Of a DNA stretch of 44,913 bases, positions 1 through 12,677 are shown piece after piece. The DNA lies in contig JAUCBJ010006145.1 of NCBI GenBank assembly GCA_032718475.1, positions 1 through 44,913 of the forward strand, in the 5' to 3' direction. The number at the start of each line of letters is the position of its first letter. The first letter of the stretch is position 1. Under the pieces are notes generated by a model, which worked only from the letters and a program-made list of their open reading frames with translations, was not told the DNA's origin and did no database searches. Source of the stretch: Nemertoderma westbladi (lineage: Eukaryota > Animalia > Xenacoelomorpha). A program made the position numbers and the translations under genes.

Positions 1-247
1 AATGCTATGCCGGGTTATCAACAAAATTGCGCCACCAGAACTCCCTATCACCCATGACATTTGCTAGATCATCCCATCTTCAAGGCCAGTGTCCTTTAAG
101 ATGCGTCTCAAGAAAGTTCTTATTCACTCCATGAGGCTGCCAAAGTACAAGATTATGCACTGGCTGGTCCTCACAGCGATAGCAATGTCCTACAAAGCGG
201 AGGCGGCTTTGTTGTAGTGTCAAGCTTGGGGGGACCAATGAGACACT
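1..247 (-). mobile_element. Degenerate 3' fragment of the RTE-clade LINE family seen at 22221-25157
   Basis: The reverse complement matches about 24850-25115 (e.g. cttgagacgcatcttaaaggacactggccttgaagatg), with substitutions and deletions. A further ~40-bp piece of the same family lies at about 512-551. Confidence 0.85.
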
Positions 248-569
248 GGCCCATGTGAAGAATACCAGACATTCTGCCGTTATATTTCACTTTGCAGTTA
301 CCCCCATGTGAAGAATACCAGACTTTTGGTTTTCACCAAACACACAGGTTACAGAAGGGCTGAATCTACTAACCAAAACAATAAACAATTTAGTATATGT
401 ACAGGTTATAAGATATAAATAAGCGCTATAAAACACTTAATAAAGATAAATAAAAAAAATAAAAAATCCTCATATATAAAATTCCAATAAAAAGTCGACC
501 GAAAAGTGACATTAGAGCCCAGCATGGACTGGGACTCCCATATAAAAGTACAATAAATACAAATAAAAC

Positions 570-975
570 AAATACAATACCGACCTCTAATCGCTCCCCT
601 CTACACCGCATTCATCAATCTAATCGAAGACCTAATTCATTATCTCTAACAGAAACTGCGCCCGTAGAAGTAGAGTATTTACTATTAAATATTAATCTTA
701 AATCAGCGACCTACAACACTTTATCTACCAAACTCCTTCTACTGGCAGTTAAACTTATATCAATCCGTCTAAGTAGCCTTATAAACCTCTCTATAACCCA
801 GGGATTTTTCCCCAAATCGCTGCAAATCGCTAAAATTATTCCATCCTATAAAACCGAAGATCCAACGGACCCAAACAATTATCGTCCCATTTCACTCCTC
901 CCGATTTTAAGTAAAATATTTGAACAGATAATAAATTCGCAATTACAATCCTACATCTCCGAATACACGAGAGAC
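570..975 (+). pseudogene. CR1/L2-type LINE reverse transcriptase fragment
   Basis: Manual translation gives GFFPKSLQIAKIIPSYKTEDPTDPNNYRPISLLPILSKIFEQII, the YRPISLLP motif at the start of non-LTR RT. Confidence 0.8.
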
Positions 976-2330
976 CTCCATCTACATCTCCGAATACACG
1001 ATAGACCTCCATCTACATCTCCGAATACACGAGAGACCTCCATCTACATCTCCGAATACACGAGAGACCTCCACCTACATCTCCGAATACACGAGAGACC
1101 TCCATCTACATCTCCGAATACACGAGAGACCTCCATCTACATCTCCGAATACACGAGAGACCTCCATCTACATCTCCGAATACACGAGAGACCTCCACCT
1201 ACATCTCCGAATACACGAGAGACCTCCATCTACATCCCCGAATACACGAGAGACCTCCATCTACATCTCCAAATACACGAGAGACCTCCATCTACATCTC
1301 CGAATACACGAGAGACCTCCATCTACATCTCCGAATACACGAGAGACCTCCATCTACATCTCCGAATACACGATAGACCTCCATCTACATCTCCGAATAC
1401 ACGAGAGACCTCCATCTACATCTCCGAATACACGAGAGACCTCCATCTACATCTCCGAATACACGATAGACCTCCATCTACATCTCCGAATACACGAGAG
1501 ACCTCCATCTACATCTCCGAATACACGATAGACCTCCATCTACATCTCCGAATACACGAGAGACCTCCACCTACATCTCCGAATACACGATAGACCTCCA
1601 TCTACATCTCCGAATACACGATAGACCTCCATCTACATCTCCGAATACACGAGATACCTCCATCTACATCTCCGAATACACGATAGACCTCCATCTACAT
1701 CTCCGAATACACGAGAGACCTCCATCTACATCTCCGAATACACGAGAGACCTCCATCTACATCTCCGAATACACGAGAGACCTCCATCTACATCTCCGAA
1801 TACACGAGAGACCTCCATCTACATCTCCGAATACACGATAGACCTCCATCTACATCTCCGAATACACGAGAGACCTCCATCTACATCTCCGAATACACGA
1901 GAGACCTCCATCTACATCTCCGAATACACGAGAGACCTCCACCTACATCTCCGAATACACGATAGACCTCCATCTACATCTCCGAATACACGATAGACCT
2001 CCATCTACATCTCCGAATACACGATAGACCTCCATCTACATCTCCGAATACACGAGAGACCTCCATCTACATCTCCGAATACACGAGAGACCTCCATCTA
2101 CATCTCCGAATACACGATAGACCTCCATCTACATCTCCGAATACACGATAGACCTCCATCTACATCTCCGAATACACGAGAGACCTCCATCTACATCTCC
2201 GAATACACGATAGACCTCCATCTACATCTCCGAATACACGAGAGACCTCCATCTACATCTCCGAATACACGATAGACCTCCATCTACATCCCCAAATACA
2301 CGAGAGACCTCCACCTACATCTCCAAATAC
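951..2330. repeat. 31-bp minisatellite, ~44 copies (CTACATCTCCGAATACACGAGAGACCTCCAT)
   Basis: Direct tandem periodicity (units start at 951, 982, ...). The main variant is GAGAGAC/GATAGAC. Confidence 0.97.
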
Positions 2331-2690
2331 ACCATAACCCTTAATACTTTATTTTACGACATGAGTTTATTATTTCATTGATTATTATTTCATGATTTTA
2401 TTATGATTTTATTATTAATTATAGACTTTGTTTTACGTCTTTAAAATGTAATCTAGATATCATTCGAAGCGCCTTCGTCTGTAGATTCCGAATCTGAAAA
2501 CCGTTTTAAATTTAACCAAAAAGTGGCAAAGATATTCTCAAAGATATTATCAAAATACTAATGTGTAAATTTAGAGAAGTAAATCGCTATAATTCTGATG
2601 TTTTGTTGTCTTTATTCTAGAATATTAATTATTATTTAGCTGAGCGTTTAAAACTCTCCATCTTGTTTTTCATTACCCATAATTAATATT

Positions 2691-3208
2691 CCGTGGCCCC
2701 CGCCGCGGCCCCGAATGCGCCCGTGGCCCCCGCCGCGGCCCCGAATGCGCCCGTGGTCATCGCCGCGGCCCCGAATGCGCCCGTGGTCATCGCCGCAGCC
2801 CCAAATGCGCCCGTGGCCCCCGCCGCGGCCCCGAATGCGCCCGTGGCCCCCGCCGCGGCCCCGAATGCGCCCGTGGCCCCCGCCGCGGCCCCGAATGCGC
2901 CCGTGGCCCCCGCGGCGGCCCCGAATGCGCCCATGGCCCCCGCCGCGGCCCCGAATGCGCCCGTGGCCCCCGCCGCGGCCCCGAATGCGCCCGTGGCCCC
3001 CGCCGCGGCCCCGAATGCGCCCGTGGCCCCCGACGCGGCCCCGAATGCGCCCGTGGCCCCCGCCGCGGCCCCGAATGCGCCCGTGGCCCCCGCCACGGCC
3101 CCGAATGCGCCCATGGCCCCCGTCGCGGCCCCGAATGCACCCGTGGCCCCCGCCGCGGCCCCGAATGCGCCAGTGGCTCCCGCCGCGGCCCCGAATGTGC
3201 CCGTGGTC
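2691..3208. repeat. GC-rich 30-bp minisatellite, ~17 copies (reads APAAAPNAPV)
   Basis: Unit CCGTGGCCCCCGCCGCGGCCCCGAATGCGC, in frame with the downstream zinc finger. Confidence 0.95.
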
Positions 3209-4985
3209 AATGCCAAGGATATTTTAACTTGTCCAGGTTGTCGCAAATCTTATCGTTACCCAGGAAGTTTCGCTCGGCACAAGAAACATTGCTCTGGCTT
3301 TATTGCAATGGAGAACCAGGCTGCCCTATCAATATTACCATTTAACACAAATTATGACGCACCCAACAGGAATTTACAAGGTAAACTAAAGATAACTTGT
3401 GGAATGTAGAGGGGATAAAGTCCACGATGGAAGCGTCGATGGACGACACCTTTGAATCGCCAGATATCCTTTTATTAACGGAAACTATGTCAGAGAATGT
3501 GTCAATCCCTGATTATAACTGTATCAACATCAACTGTGATAAGGGTGATAGAGGTCGTCCATATGGTGGAATGACTTTGGCTATAAACTCGAGACTTCCT
3601 TGCCATGGTTCACATATATACAAAAATGACAACATTATTGCCAAACAAACGAGTGGTCTGGTAATTTTAGTCGCGTACTACCCGCCGGCAACGGATGTTT
3701 CAGACATCCTTCTTGACTTAACTATGGCAATAAATGACGTAAGAAGGAAAAGTAACAAGCCAATTATATTGGCGGGGGACTTAAACTGCCGATTAGACAG
3801 AAATGACCCGCGAGGAGATCCGCTCAGTTATGGCCTGCTAGGGGCAAACCTACATTGTCTAAATGACGCTGAAACTCCAACATATTATTGCTGGAACGGG
3901 GAAAGTGTGATAGATTTAGTGTTTGCCGATAAGGAGATACAAGAGGTGTGCTCAATGGAGGTTATTCCTACAATGTTCACAAAACATCAACGAATCAATA
4001 TAGTAATCGAACTGGAATCCGCACTGGAGGAAAGAGCTCGTAGAAAGAAACCTATTAGAAAAATTAATACTGAGAAACTGGACAGAAACCTAAACCAAGA
4101 AAACTTTGACCAGGCACTGGCAGAGGGCGTGGATAAAGCCTGTAACTACGTTACGATGGCAATCGTAGATGCGGCCGAACCTGGAAGACCTCGAAAAGCA
4201 AAAATGTGGTTTGACGGTTTATGTTACAAGGCAAAACAGGAAATGAAGAACGCCTGCTTGGATATGAAACAAGACCCCACCGTTGAGAGTCGACAGCTGT
4301 GTGCTAAAAGTCAACGATGTTACAAGCAGGTTATCAACGAGAGGAAGAAGCTATACGAGGCACAAAGAGAACTAAAACTGATCGAGGAATGCGAGACTGA
4401 TGTGGCCAATTTCTGGAACATATTAAAGAATGGGCGCCAGGAGAAAACTTGTGCTCAACAAGTCCCGGAGGTTACTTGGTCGGAGCATTTCTCAACCCTT
4501 CTGGGGAGAGATAAAACTCTACCTCTGCCGGACCTCCCGGAAAACAATTGCCCAGTTCTGGATGCCCCTATTAATTAGTGCTACAGAGATCACTGAATCG
4601 GTGAACAGCCAGAAAAACGGAAAGGCAGCAGGCCCAGACTCCATAACAAATGAAGTGATGAAGTTGGGTTTTGGACATTTACTACCTTATCTGCTGACTC
4701 TATTCTCATTCTGCTTCAACATGGCAGTGTGCCCAGCAGCGTGGATCATGTCATATCTTATCCCCCTTTACAAAGGAAAGGGTGGAAAATCGTCTCCAAA
4801 CTCATATAGAGGGATCGCCCTACTGTCGTGTCTACTCAAAATCTACACAAGCATTATAGCAACACGATTATATATACATGGGCTGAGACTCTAAGGAAAC
4901 TACCCGACCAGCAGTACGGTTTTCGAAAGAAGAGATCCACTATAATGGCGGTAAAACTTATATTTAACCGTATCAAATCATCCCT
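2693..4985 (+). pseudogene. Frameshifted, 3'-truncated APE-type non-LTR retrotransposon ORF: Ala/Pro repeat, C2H2-like zinc finger, APE endonuclease, start of RT
   Basis: CPGCRKSYRYPGSFARHKKHC; APE motifs WNVEG, LLLTET, LAGDLN, SVIDLVF; linker MWFDGLC; RT entry KAAGPD, SYRGIALL, QYGFRKKRST. Frameshifts near 3400, 4575 and 4870. Confidence 0.85.
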
Positions 4986-5027
4986 ACAACCATGGGCAGG
5001 TCCCGGACATGCCTATTATTATTTATT

Positions 5028-5504
5028 GATTATTTAGAGCAGCAGTAGTTCCAGTACTCCTCTATGGGAGTCCATGCTGGGCTCTAACTGCTGAGGAAAC
5101 AAAATCTCTGGATGGCACATTCACAAGAATGCTACGCCGGGTTCATTGTGTCAAGTACAATGCACACATCTCCAACCAGACACTATATAACATTGGAGGT
5201 GTCTCATTGGTTCCTCCAAGCTTGACACTAGAACAAAATCGCCTCCGCTTTGCAGGACATTGCTTTCGCCGTGAGGACCAGCCAGTGCATAATCTTGTAC
5301 TTTGGCAGCCTCATGGAGTGAATAAGCATGGTGGACAGCCCATGACTTTCTTGAGACGCATCTTAAAGGACACTGGCCTTGAAGATGCGGATGATCTAGC
5401 AAATGTCATGGGTGATAGGGAGTTGTGGCGGTGCAATTATGTCGATAAGCCGGCACAGCATTCTTAAAAATGCAGCTGCAATGCAGCATGCCGATCCTAG
5501 TAGT
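5028..5504 (+). mobile_element. 5'-truncated RTE-clade LINE 3' end
   Basis: Near-identical to about 24680-25156, including the ORF end DKPAQHS* and the ...gccgatcctagtagt terminus. Confidence 0.92.
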
Positions 5505-5505
5505 A

Positions 5506-5998
5506 CGCCCTTCCTATTTGCTGCATACGCACTGCCTTCCCATTGGCTGCATACACACCCCCTACTTACTCCCTTCCTATTGGCTGCATACACACACCCT
5601 ACTTACTCCCTTCCTATTGGCTGCATACACACCCCATACTTACTCCCTTCCTATTGGCTGCATACACACCCCCTACTTACTCCCTTCCTATTGGCTGCAT
5701 ACACACCCCCTACTTACTCCCTTCCTATTGGCTGCATACACACCCCATACTTACTCCCTTCCTATTGGCTGCATACACACCCCCTACTTACTCCCTTCCT
5801 ATTGGCTGCATACACACCCCATACTTACTCCCTTCCTATTGGCTGCATACACACCCCCTACTTACTCCCTTCCTATTGGCTGCATACACACCCCCTACTT
5901 ACTCCCTTCCTATTGCCTGCATACACACCCCCTACATACTCCTTTCCTATTGGCTACATACTCGTACACCGCTACTTACTCCCTTCCTATTGGCTGCG
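5506..5998. repeat. 37-bp minisatellite, ~13 copies (TACTTACTCCCTTCCTATTGGCTGCATACACACCCCC)
   Basis: Period 37 (5563, 5600, ...). It produces the 37-aa periodic ORFs in all three + frames. Confidence 0.95.
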
Positions 5999-6144
5999 TT
6001 CCCCGTTCGTCCTCCACCCCCAACCCCTCTGCGGTTGGGTGTTGCTCTTCTTCTGATCCCACTCAGTATTCCGTAGATTACGGGATTGGCTATCGCGTTA
6101 GACCACCCAAAGAGAAATAAAATCGTCTGAACCACCCCAGGAAT
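5947..6144 (-). CDS. Putative last coding exon (TM7 + C-tail) of a class A GPCR, GnRH/AKH/corazonin-receptor-like; copy 1
   Basis: Minus strand ttctgttgtAG acceptor, then IPGVVQTILFLFGWSNAIANPVIYGILS...VCSQ* (198 nt, phase 0). It has the NPxxY motif and resembles the FFFGMSNSLVNPLIYG-type TM7. Confidence 0.72.
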   Translation of the reverse strand: MPGVVQTILFLFGWSNAIANPVIYGILSGIRRRATPNRRGVGGGGRTGNAANRKGVSSGVRVCSQ

Positions 6145-6429
6145 CTACAACAGAACCATTTAGTTAGCTTGTTAATCGACAAAAACATAAATAAAATATT
6201 ATAAATTCCATACAGAACAGGAACTCTAAAACTAATAGAACAACATTATACCGTTCTGCCATTAGGGTTATTGTGTACACAAAACTTAGGGTTTGCGTAT
6301 GTTTCCGAAAGAAGTCTCTGCTGAAGAAGGACTTCTTTCGGTGTGACGGTGTGTATTGTGTAGTCCTCTGTTATGTAAATGTAATCAGGTATAATATAAG
6401 ATGAATGAGACGTTTATTGGGTATAAACC

Positions 6430-8707
6430 GTATTATTAACATGAGCTCTTGTACGTACGCCAGTATTATTAACATGAGCTCTTGTACGTACGCCAGTATT
6501 ATTAATATGAGCTCTTGTACGTACGCCAGTATTATTAACATGAGCTCTTGTACGTACGCCAGTATTATTAACATGAGCTCTTGTACGTACGCCAGTATTA
6601 TTAATTTGAGCTCTTGTACGTACACCAGTATTATTAATACGAGCTCTTGTACGTACGCCAGTATTATTAACATGAGCTCTTGTACGTACGCCAGTATTAT
6701 TAACATGAGCTCTTGTATGTACGCCAGTATTATTAACATGAGCTCTTGTACGTACGCTAGTATTCTTAATTTGAGCTCTTGTACGTACACCAGTATTATT
6801 AATACGAGCTCTTGTACGTACGCCAGTATTATTAACATGAGCTCTTGTACATACGCCAGTATTATTAACATGAGCTCTTGTACGTACGCCAGTATTATTA
6901 ATTTGAGCTCTTGTACATACGCCAGTATTATTAACATGAGCTCTTGTATGTACGCCAGTATTATTAATATGAGCTCTTGTACGTACGCCAGTATTATTAA
7001 CATGAGCTCTTGTACGTACGCCAGTATTATTAACATGAGCTCTTGTACGTACGCCAGTATTATTAATATGAGCTCTTATACGTACGCCAGTATTATTAAC
7101 ATGAGCTCTTGTACGTACGCCAGTATTATTTATATGAGCTCTTGTACGTACGCCAGTATTATTAACATGAGGTCTTGTACGTACGCCAGTATTATTAATA
7201 TGAGCTCTTGTACGTACGCCAGTATTATTAACATGAGCTCTTGTACGTACGCCAGTATTATTAATTTGAGCTCTTGTATGTACACCAGTATTATTAATAC
7301 GTGCTCTTGTACGTACGCCAATATTATTAACATGAGCTCTTGTACGTATGCCAGTATTATTAATTTGAGCTCTTGTATGTACGCCAGTATTAATAACATG
7401 AGCTCTTGTACGTACGCCAGTATTATTAACATTAGCTCTTGTACGTACGCCAGTATTATTAACATGAGCTCTTGTACGTACGTCAGTATTATTAATTTGA
7501 GCTCTTGTACGTACACCAGTATTATTAATATGAGCTCTTGTACGTACGCCAGTATTATTAATATGAGCTCTTGTACGTACGCCAGTATTATTAATTTGAG
7601 CTCTTGTACGTACGCCAGTATTATTAATATGAGCTCTTGTACGTACGCCAGTATTATTAACATGAGCTCTTGTACGTACACCAGTATTATTAATACGTGC
7701 TCTTGTACGTACGCCAGTATTATTAACATGAGCTCTTGTACGTATGCCAGTAATATAAATTTGAGCTCTTGTATGTACGCCAGTATTAATAACATGAGCT
7801 CTTGTACGTACGCCAGTATTATTAACATTAGCTCTTGTACGTACGCCAGTATTATTAACATGAGCTCTTGTACGTACGCCAGTATTATTAATTTGAGCTC
7901 TTGTACGTACACCAGTATTATTAATATGAGCTCTTGTACGTACGCCAGTATTATTAATATGAGCTCTTGTACGTACGCCAGTATTATTAATTTGAGCTCT
8001 TGTACGTAAGCCAGTATTATTAACATGAGCTCTTGTACGTACGCCAGTATTATTAATATGAGCTCTTGTACGTACGCCAGTATTATTAATTTGAGCTCTT
8101 GTACGTACGCCAGTATTATTAATATGAGCTCTTGTACGTACGCCAGTATTATTAACATGAGCTCTTGTACGTACGCCAGTATTATTAATTTGAGCTCTTG
8201 TACGTACGCCAGTATTATTAATATGAGCTCTTGTACGTACGCCAGTATTATTAACATGAGCTCTTGTACGTACGCCAGTATTATTAATATGAGCTCTTGT
8301 ACGTACGCCAGTATTATTAACATGAGCTCTTGTACGTACGCCAGTATTATTAATTTGAGCTCTTGTACGTACGCCAGTATTATTAATATGAGCTCTTGTA
8401 CGTACGCCAGTATTATTAACATGAGCTCTTGTACGTACGCCAGTATTATTAACATGAGCTCTTGTACGTACGCCAGTATTATTAATATGAGCTCTTGTAC
8501 CTACGCCAGTATTATTAATATGAGCTCTTGTACGTACGCCAGTATTATTAATTTGAGCTCTTGTACGTACGCCAGTATTATTAATATGAGCTCTTGTACG
8601 TACGCCAGTATTATTAACATGAGCTCTTGTACGTACGCCAGTATTATTAATATGAGCTCTTGTACGTACGCCAGTATTATTAACATGAGCTCTTGTACGT
8701 ACGCCAG
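6430..8707. repeat. 33-bp minisatellite, ~69 copies (AGTATTATTAACATGAGCTCTTGTACGTACGCC)
   Basis: Direct tandem periodicity; the unit contains the palindromes GAGCTC and GTACGTAC. Confidence 0.98.
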
Positions 8708-11039
8708 TTTTTTTTTTTTTTTTTTTTGAAAATCCGGGATGGCCCCGGCGCTATATTTAATCAATGTTTGAATAATTAACTCACATTAACTATAACAATA
8801 TACAGAATAACAACCATCAATAACTTTATCATTTATTTAGCATAAATTTGGGGTTAAGAGCTGCCCCTTAGTAAAAAGATAATTATGTACAGTATTAAAA
8901 ATATATTATATCTCCGTAAAATAATGTGTATTAAAAATATTTTGTAGGAGTAAGTAATTAGTTATTATTATATGTAAAATAGTATTCTAAATAGTCCTTA
9001 ATAACCGATAATATATCCTTAAAATATGGGTATTAAAAAAAAAAATTTTAACTCACGTTATAATAAAGTTATATTATATTATATGTAAAATAGTATTAAA
9101 TAGTCCTTAATAACCGACAGGCGATAGCACGCATCATAGGAAAAATTATTTAATAGCGCTTGTATATAAATAGATATAAAAACGTCTCTATTTGACATAC
9201 ACTGTTTTGTAGCGTTATACACAGTTCTAGAACAAAGTTTGGTGGAATAAGAAGATATTGCAATTGATAGCAAAGATGGTAGGTTGTACAAAAACGATGA
9301 TATCTGATATGATGAGAAAATATCAACTCTGTTTCCCGTACAGTGGTCACACAAAATATTTCCAAACAACCAGTTTAGTTTCGGATTGCCTGTGTTAAAC
9401 AATCTGAATATAAAATTGAACTGCTGTAGCCGCAGACACGCATCTATATTAATATCGAACAATGAATATAGTACGTTATTGGAGACACGGTTATTTAAGT
9501 GTATCACTTTGCGCATCGCCTTACGCATACCTTTGCCTAGACTGTTTATCCCTTCAGAGGTGAGACTTGAGGAGCCATAAGCTATACTCGGTATGCAGAT
9601 GGCTTTCCATATACGAGATACTATACTCAGTGGGACGTCGGTTAATGTGAGTCCTGACCGCTCCATTTGAGACATATTACTCCAGATTTTGCTATTGTTG
9701 AAGTTGTAGATTGATTTACAGCCAGCTGGAATTGGTATACCCATATATTTACATGATTTCACTGCGCGCAATTTATTTCCCTCCAGCATGATGGTGTCAT
9801 CTATTGATGGATTCCCTTTAACATCGATTGACAGGTAATGACATTTTACAATGTTAAGCTCTAAGTTGTGATTCTTGAAGTAATCAGATGAGGTTTTTAG
9901 AAGTTTTGCTAAGTCAGTCTTCAGGGTTGACAAAATTATAATATCATCTGCGTAATTGACGACACAAAATGATTGCTGTCCTATATGTGCACCCAAACCA
10001 CTTGTTTCCAAGTCATGTATGAGTTCGGTTAGATAGAAGTTAAACAATATGGGTGATAGGATGCCACCTTGACGCACACCTCTTTGTATTTGTATTGGTT
10101 TGTGGATGAAGTGCCCATTTGCAGCGATGTGGGAAGTTGAGTTCTTGTAAAAGGATTCCAGGGCATCAATAACTCGAGGTTGGACGTCAGTCCTCCTTAG
10201 TTTAGCAAATAACTTACTGTGACAGACCGTATCAAACGCCGATGTTAAATCCACACACATTGCATACATGTGCGATCTTTTCTTAGTAAATTTGTTAATG
10301 ATACTGTTGACAACCTGGTGTGCGATGTCAGACCCTGAACCCGCTTTATAACCAAGTTGCAAGTTATTCGTTGGTAGTTTAGAGAGTTCTTCCAGCAGAG
10401 ACAGTTCCCAGAGTTTTGCTATGCTTAGAGCAATGGAAATGAATCGAAAATTAACGTCTCGTGGGATTGTACCGACTCTTTGTCCTTTTGGAATGGGAGA
10501 GATGGTACTAACGGAGAAAATTTCAGGACAGGTGCCACTGTTTTGGATATCTGTAAAAAGATCTGCAATGTAGCTACATAATCCTGGTGAGCGTCCGTAT
10601 ACTAGGCTTTCTGTATTGAGTTGGTAGAAGTCATTTGATTTGCCGCGATTAAGTTTGTTAATTAGTTGGGAGATTTCTTTTGGTTTCACGGTCACGGTAC
10701 CTAATTCATCTCTATCATCTGCATCAGATTGCTCTATCATTTTGTCTATAACGGTTTCCCCCTTAAGTTTTACCGTGGCTGCTTCAGACTGGTCTATGAC
10801 AATATTCTCCTGTTTTTTACTACCTTGATCGGACTGATCACATTTAAATTGATCAGTCACACGTGGATGAACCTGTATTAGTTGCTTATCAGTGAAAACA
10901 TGATGCTTTTTTGTTTTTATTTTTCGCCAAAAAGATTTGGAGTTATTTCGGTTTGAGTTTACTAGAGCTTGTACATGGTCCTCGTATGATTCGTTGTTTG
11001 AGTATGGCCGGTAATTTACATACGACATTGGAATAAAGG
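8708..11039 (-). mobile_element. RTE-X-like LINE 3' half (RT ORF 9079-11028, 3' UTR, poly(A) tail); duplicate copy
   Basis: RT motifs FRFISI, VDLTSAFDTV, RGVRQGGILSPILFN, NYADD, KYMG. T-run at about 8708-8727 is the poly(A) tail. Cut at 11039 by an LTR. Confidence 0.9.
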
Positions 11040-11842
11040 TGTTAGCTTATTCAATTCCGCTAACCACCCCATAAAGTGAGCCGTTAAGCAATATTGGGGA
11101 ACACGAGGGTGAGCAATCAACCTCGTGTCACCCCAACAAAGTGGGAAGGAGAAAGCACACACACACACAATGAGGGTCAGGGGTTACACCCCTGAGAGAG
11201 AGAGCAACAGGGGCGAAGGGAAACCCTCCAGGGGAGGCAAAGGGCGACAACAGGGTTATTAGCCAATGGGGGGAAGGCATCGGTTGAGTAATGTAACACG
11301 GCCAACCGTGCAATATATATTATCAGTATAGCAAATCATTTAGTCAGTGTGTCATTTAGTCAGTGCATAGTTAGGTTAGTTTAGCTAGGGAAGTACCGGG
11401 ACTTTAATTACCGTCACCCGTCTTCCGTTTACTATCAGCATTATATCCTATATTCCGTGTCATTTATATTCCATCTTATACTATTATACCCGAACTATAT
11501 ACGACGATCAATAAACTCTTTTACCTTTCACACACGGCGGGGACGCGTAGATTGAAAACCGGATAAACCGGGATCCTCCGTGGATCCCGTCGCAGTAATT
11601 AAATCCAAACTGCTGCCCTAGTTAAACAGCCCAAACTGACTGCCAGATACCATAGATGAGTCGAACAGGAGAAACGACACCGCCGCGGACCCCGGACGGC
11701 GATCTAACGATCCGCGAGGCCGCGACCAGACGGTATAGACCCGCGACGCCGGACCCATCGGTAACGGGCGATCCGGCAATCCAAGATGAGGGGGGCCGTC
11801 TACAACCAGAGAGCGAGTCGAGAGAAGGAGGAGACGAGAAGG
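11040..11842 (+). mobile_element. Duplicated BEL/Pao 5' LTR (11040-11594) plus start of gag, truncated at the duplication junction
   Basis: Near-identical to 17355-18182. It has the same AAAGG left flank and ends in gagacgagaagg, joined to the 37-bp repeat. Confidence 0.93.
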
Positions 11843-12246
11843 CCCCCTACTTACTCCCTTCCTATTGGCTGCATACACACCCCATACTTACTCCCTTCCT
11901 ATTGGCTGCATACACACCCCCTACTTACTCCCTTCCTATTGGCTGCATACACACCCCCTACTTACTCCCTTCCTATTGGCTGCATACACACCCCATACTT
12001 ACTCCCTTCCTATTGGCTGCATACACACCCCCTACTTACTCCCTTCCTATTGGCTGCATACACACCCCATACTTACTCCCTTCCTATTGGCTGCATACAC
12101 ACCCCCTACTTACTCCCTTCCTATTGGCTGCATACACACCCCCTACTTACTCCCTTCCTATTGGCTGCATACACACCCCCTACATACTCCTTTCCTATTG
12201 GCTACATACTCGTACACCCCTACTTACTCCCTTCCTATTGGCTGCG
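11843..12246. repeat. 37-bp minisatellite, second array (~11 copies)
   Basis: Same unit as 5506-5998. Confidence 0.95.
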
Positions 12247-12392
12247 TTCCCCGTTCGTCCTCCACCCCCAACCCCTCTGCGGTTGGGTGTTGCTCTTCTT
12301 CTGATCCCACTCAGTATTCCGTAGATTACGGGATTGGCTATCGCGTTAGACCACCCAAAGAGAAATAAAATCGTCTGAACCACCCCAGGAAT
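12195..12392 (-). CDS. Putative GPCR TM7/C-tail exon, copy 2
   Basis: Same as 5947-6144 (offset 6248 bp), with the splice acceptor retained and one S to R change near the end. Confidence 0.72.
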   Translation of the reverse strand: MPGVVQTILFLFGWSNAIANPVIYGILSGIRRRATPNRRGVGGGGRTGNAANRKGVSRGVRVCSQ

Positions 12393-12677
12393 CTACAACA
12401 GAACCATTTAGTTAACTTGTTAATCGACAAAAACATAAATAAAATATTATAAATTCCATACAGAACAGGAACTCTAAAACTAATAGAACAACATTATACC
12501 GTTCTGCCATTAGGGTTATTGTGTACACAAAACTTAGGGTTTGCGTATGTTTCCGAAAGAAGTCTCTGCTGAAGAAGGACTTCTTTCGGTGTGACGGTGT
12601 GTATTGTGTAGTCCTCTGTTATGTAAATGTAATCAGGTATAATATAAGATGAATGAGACGTTTATTGGGTATAAACC

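Noticed and set aside
2683-3246. Alternative-frame ORFs (GAFGAAAGAT, MRPWPPPRPR, HSGPRRGPRA)
   Set aside because: Shadows of the GC-rich 30-bp repeat.
5403-6120. Plus-strand ORFs with 37-aa periodicity (also 11656-12368)
   Set aside because: Translations of the 37-bp minisatellite. The 11656 ORF is a gag/minisatellite chimera created by the duplication junction.
6305-6341. Possible hammerhead ribozyme (GAAA and CTGAAGA present)
   Set aside because: Only 10 nt separate GAAA and CUGAAGA and no GAAA follows, so stems I and III cannot form; kept only as a hairpin.
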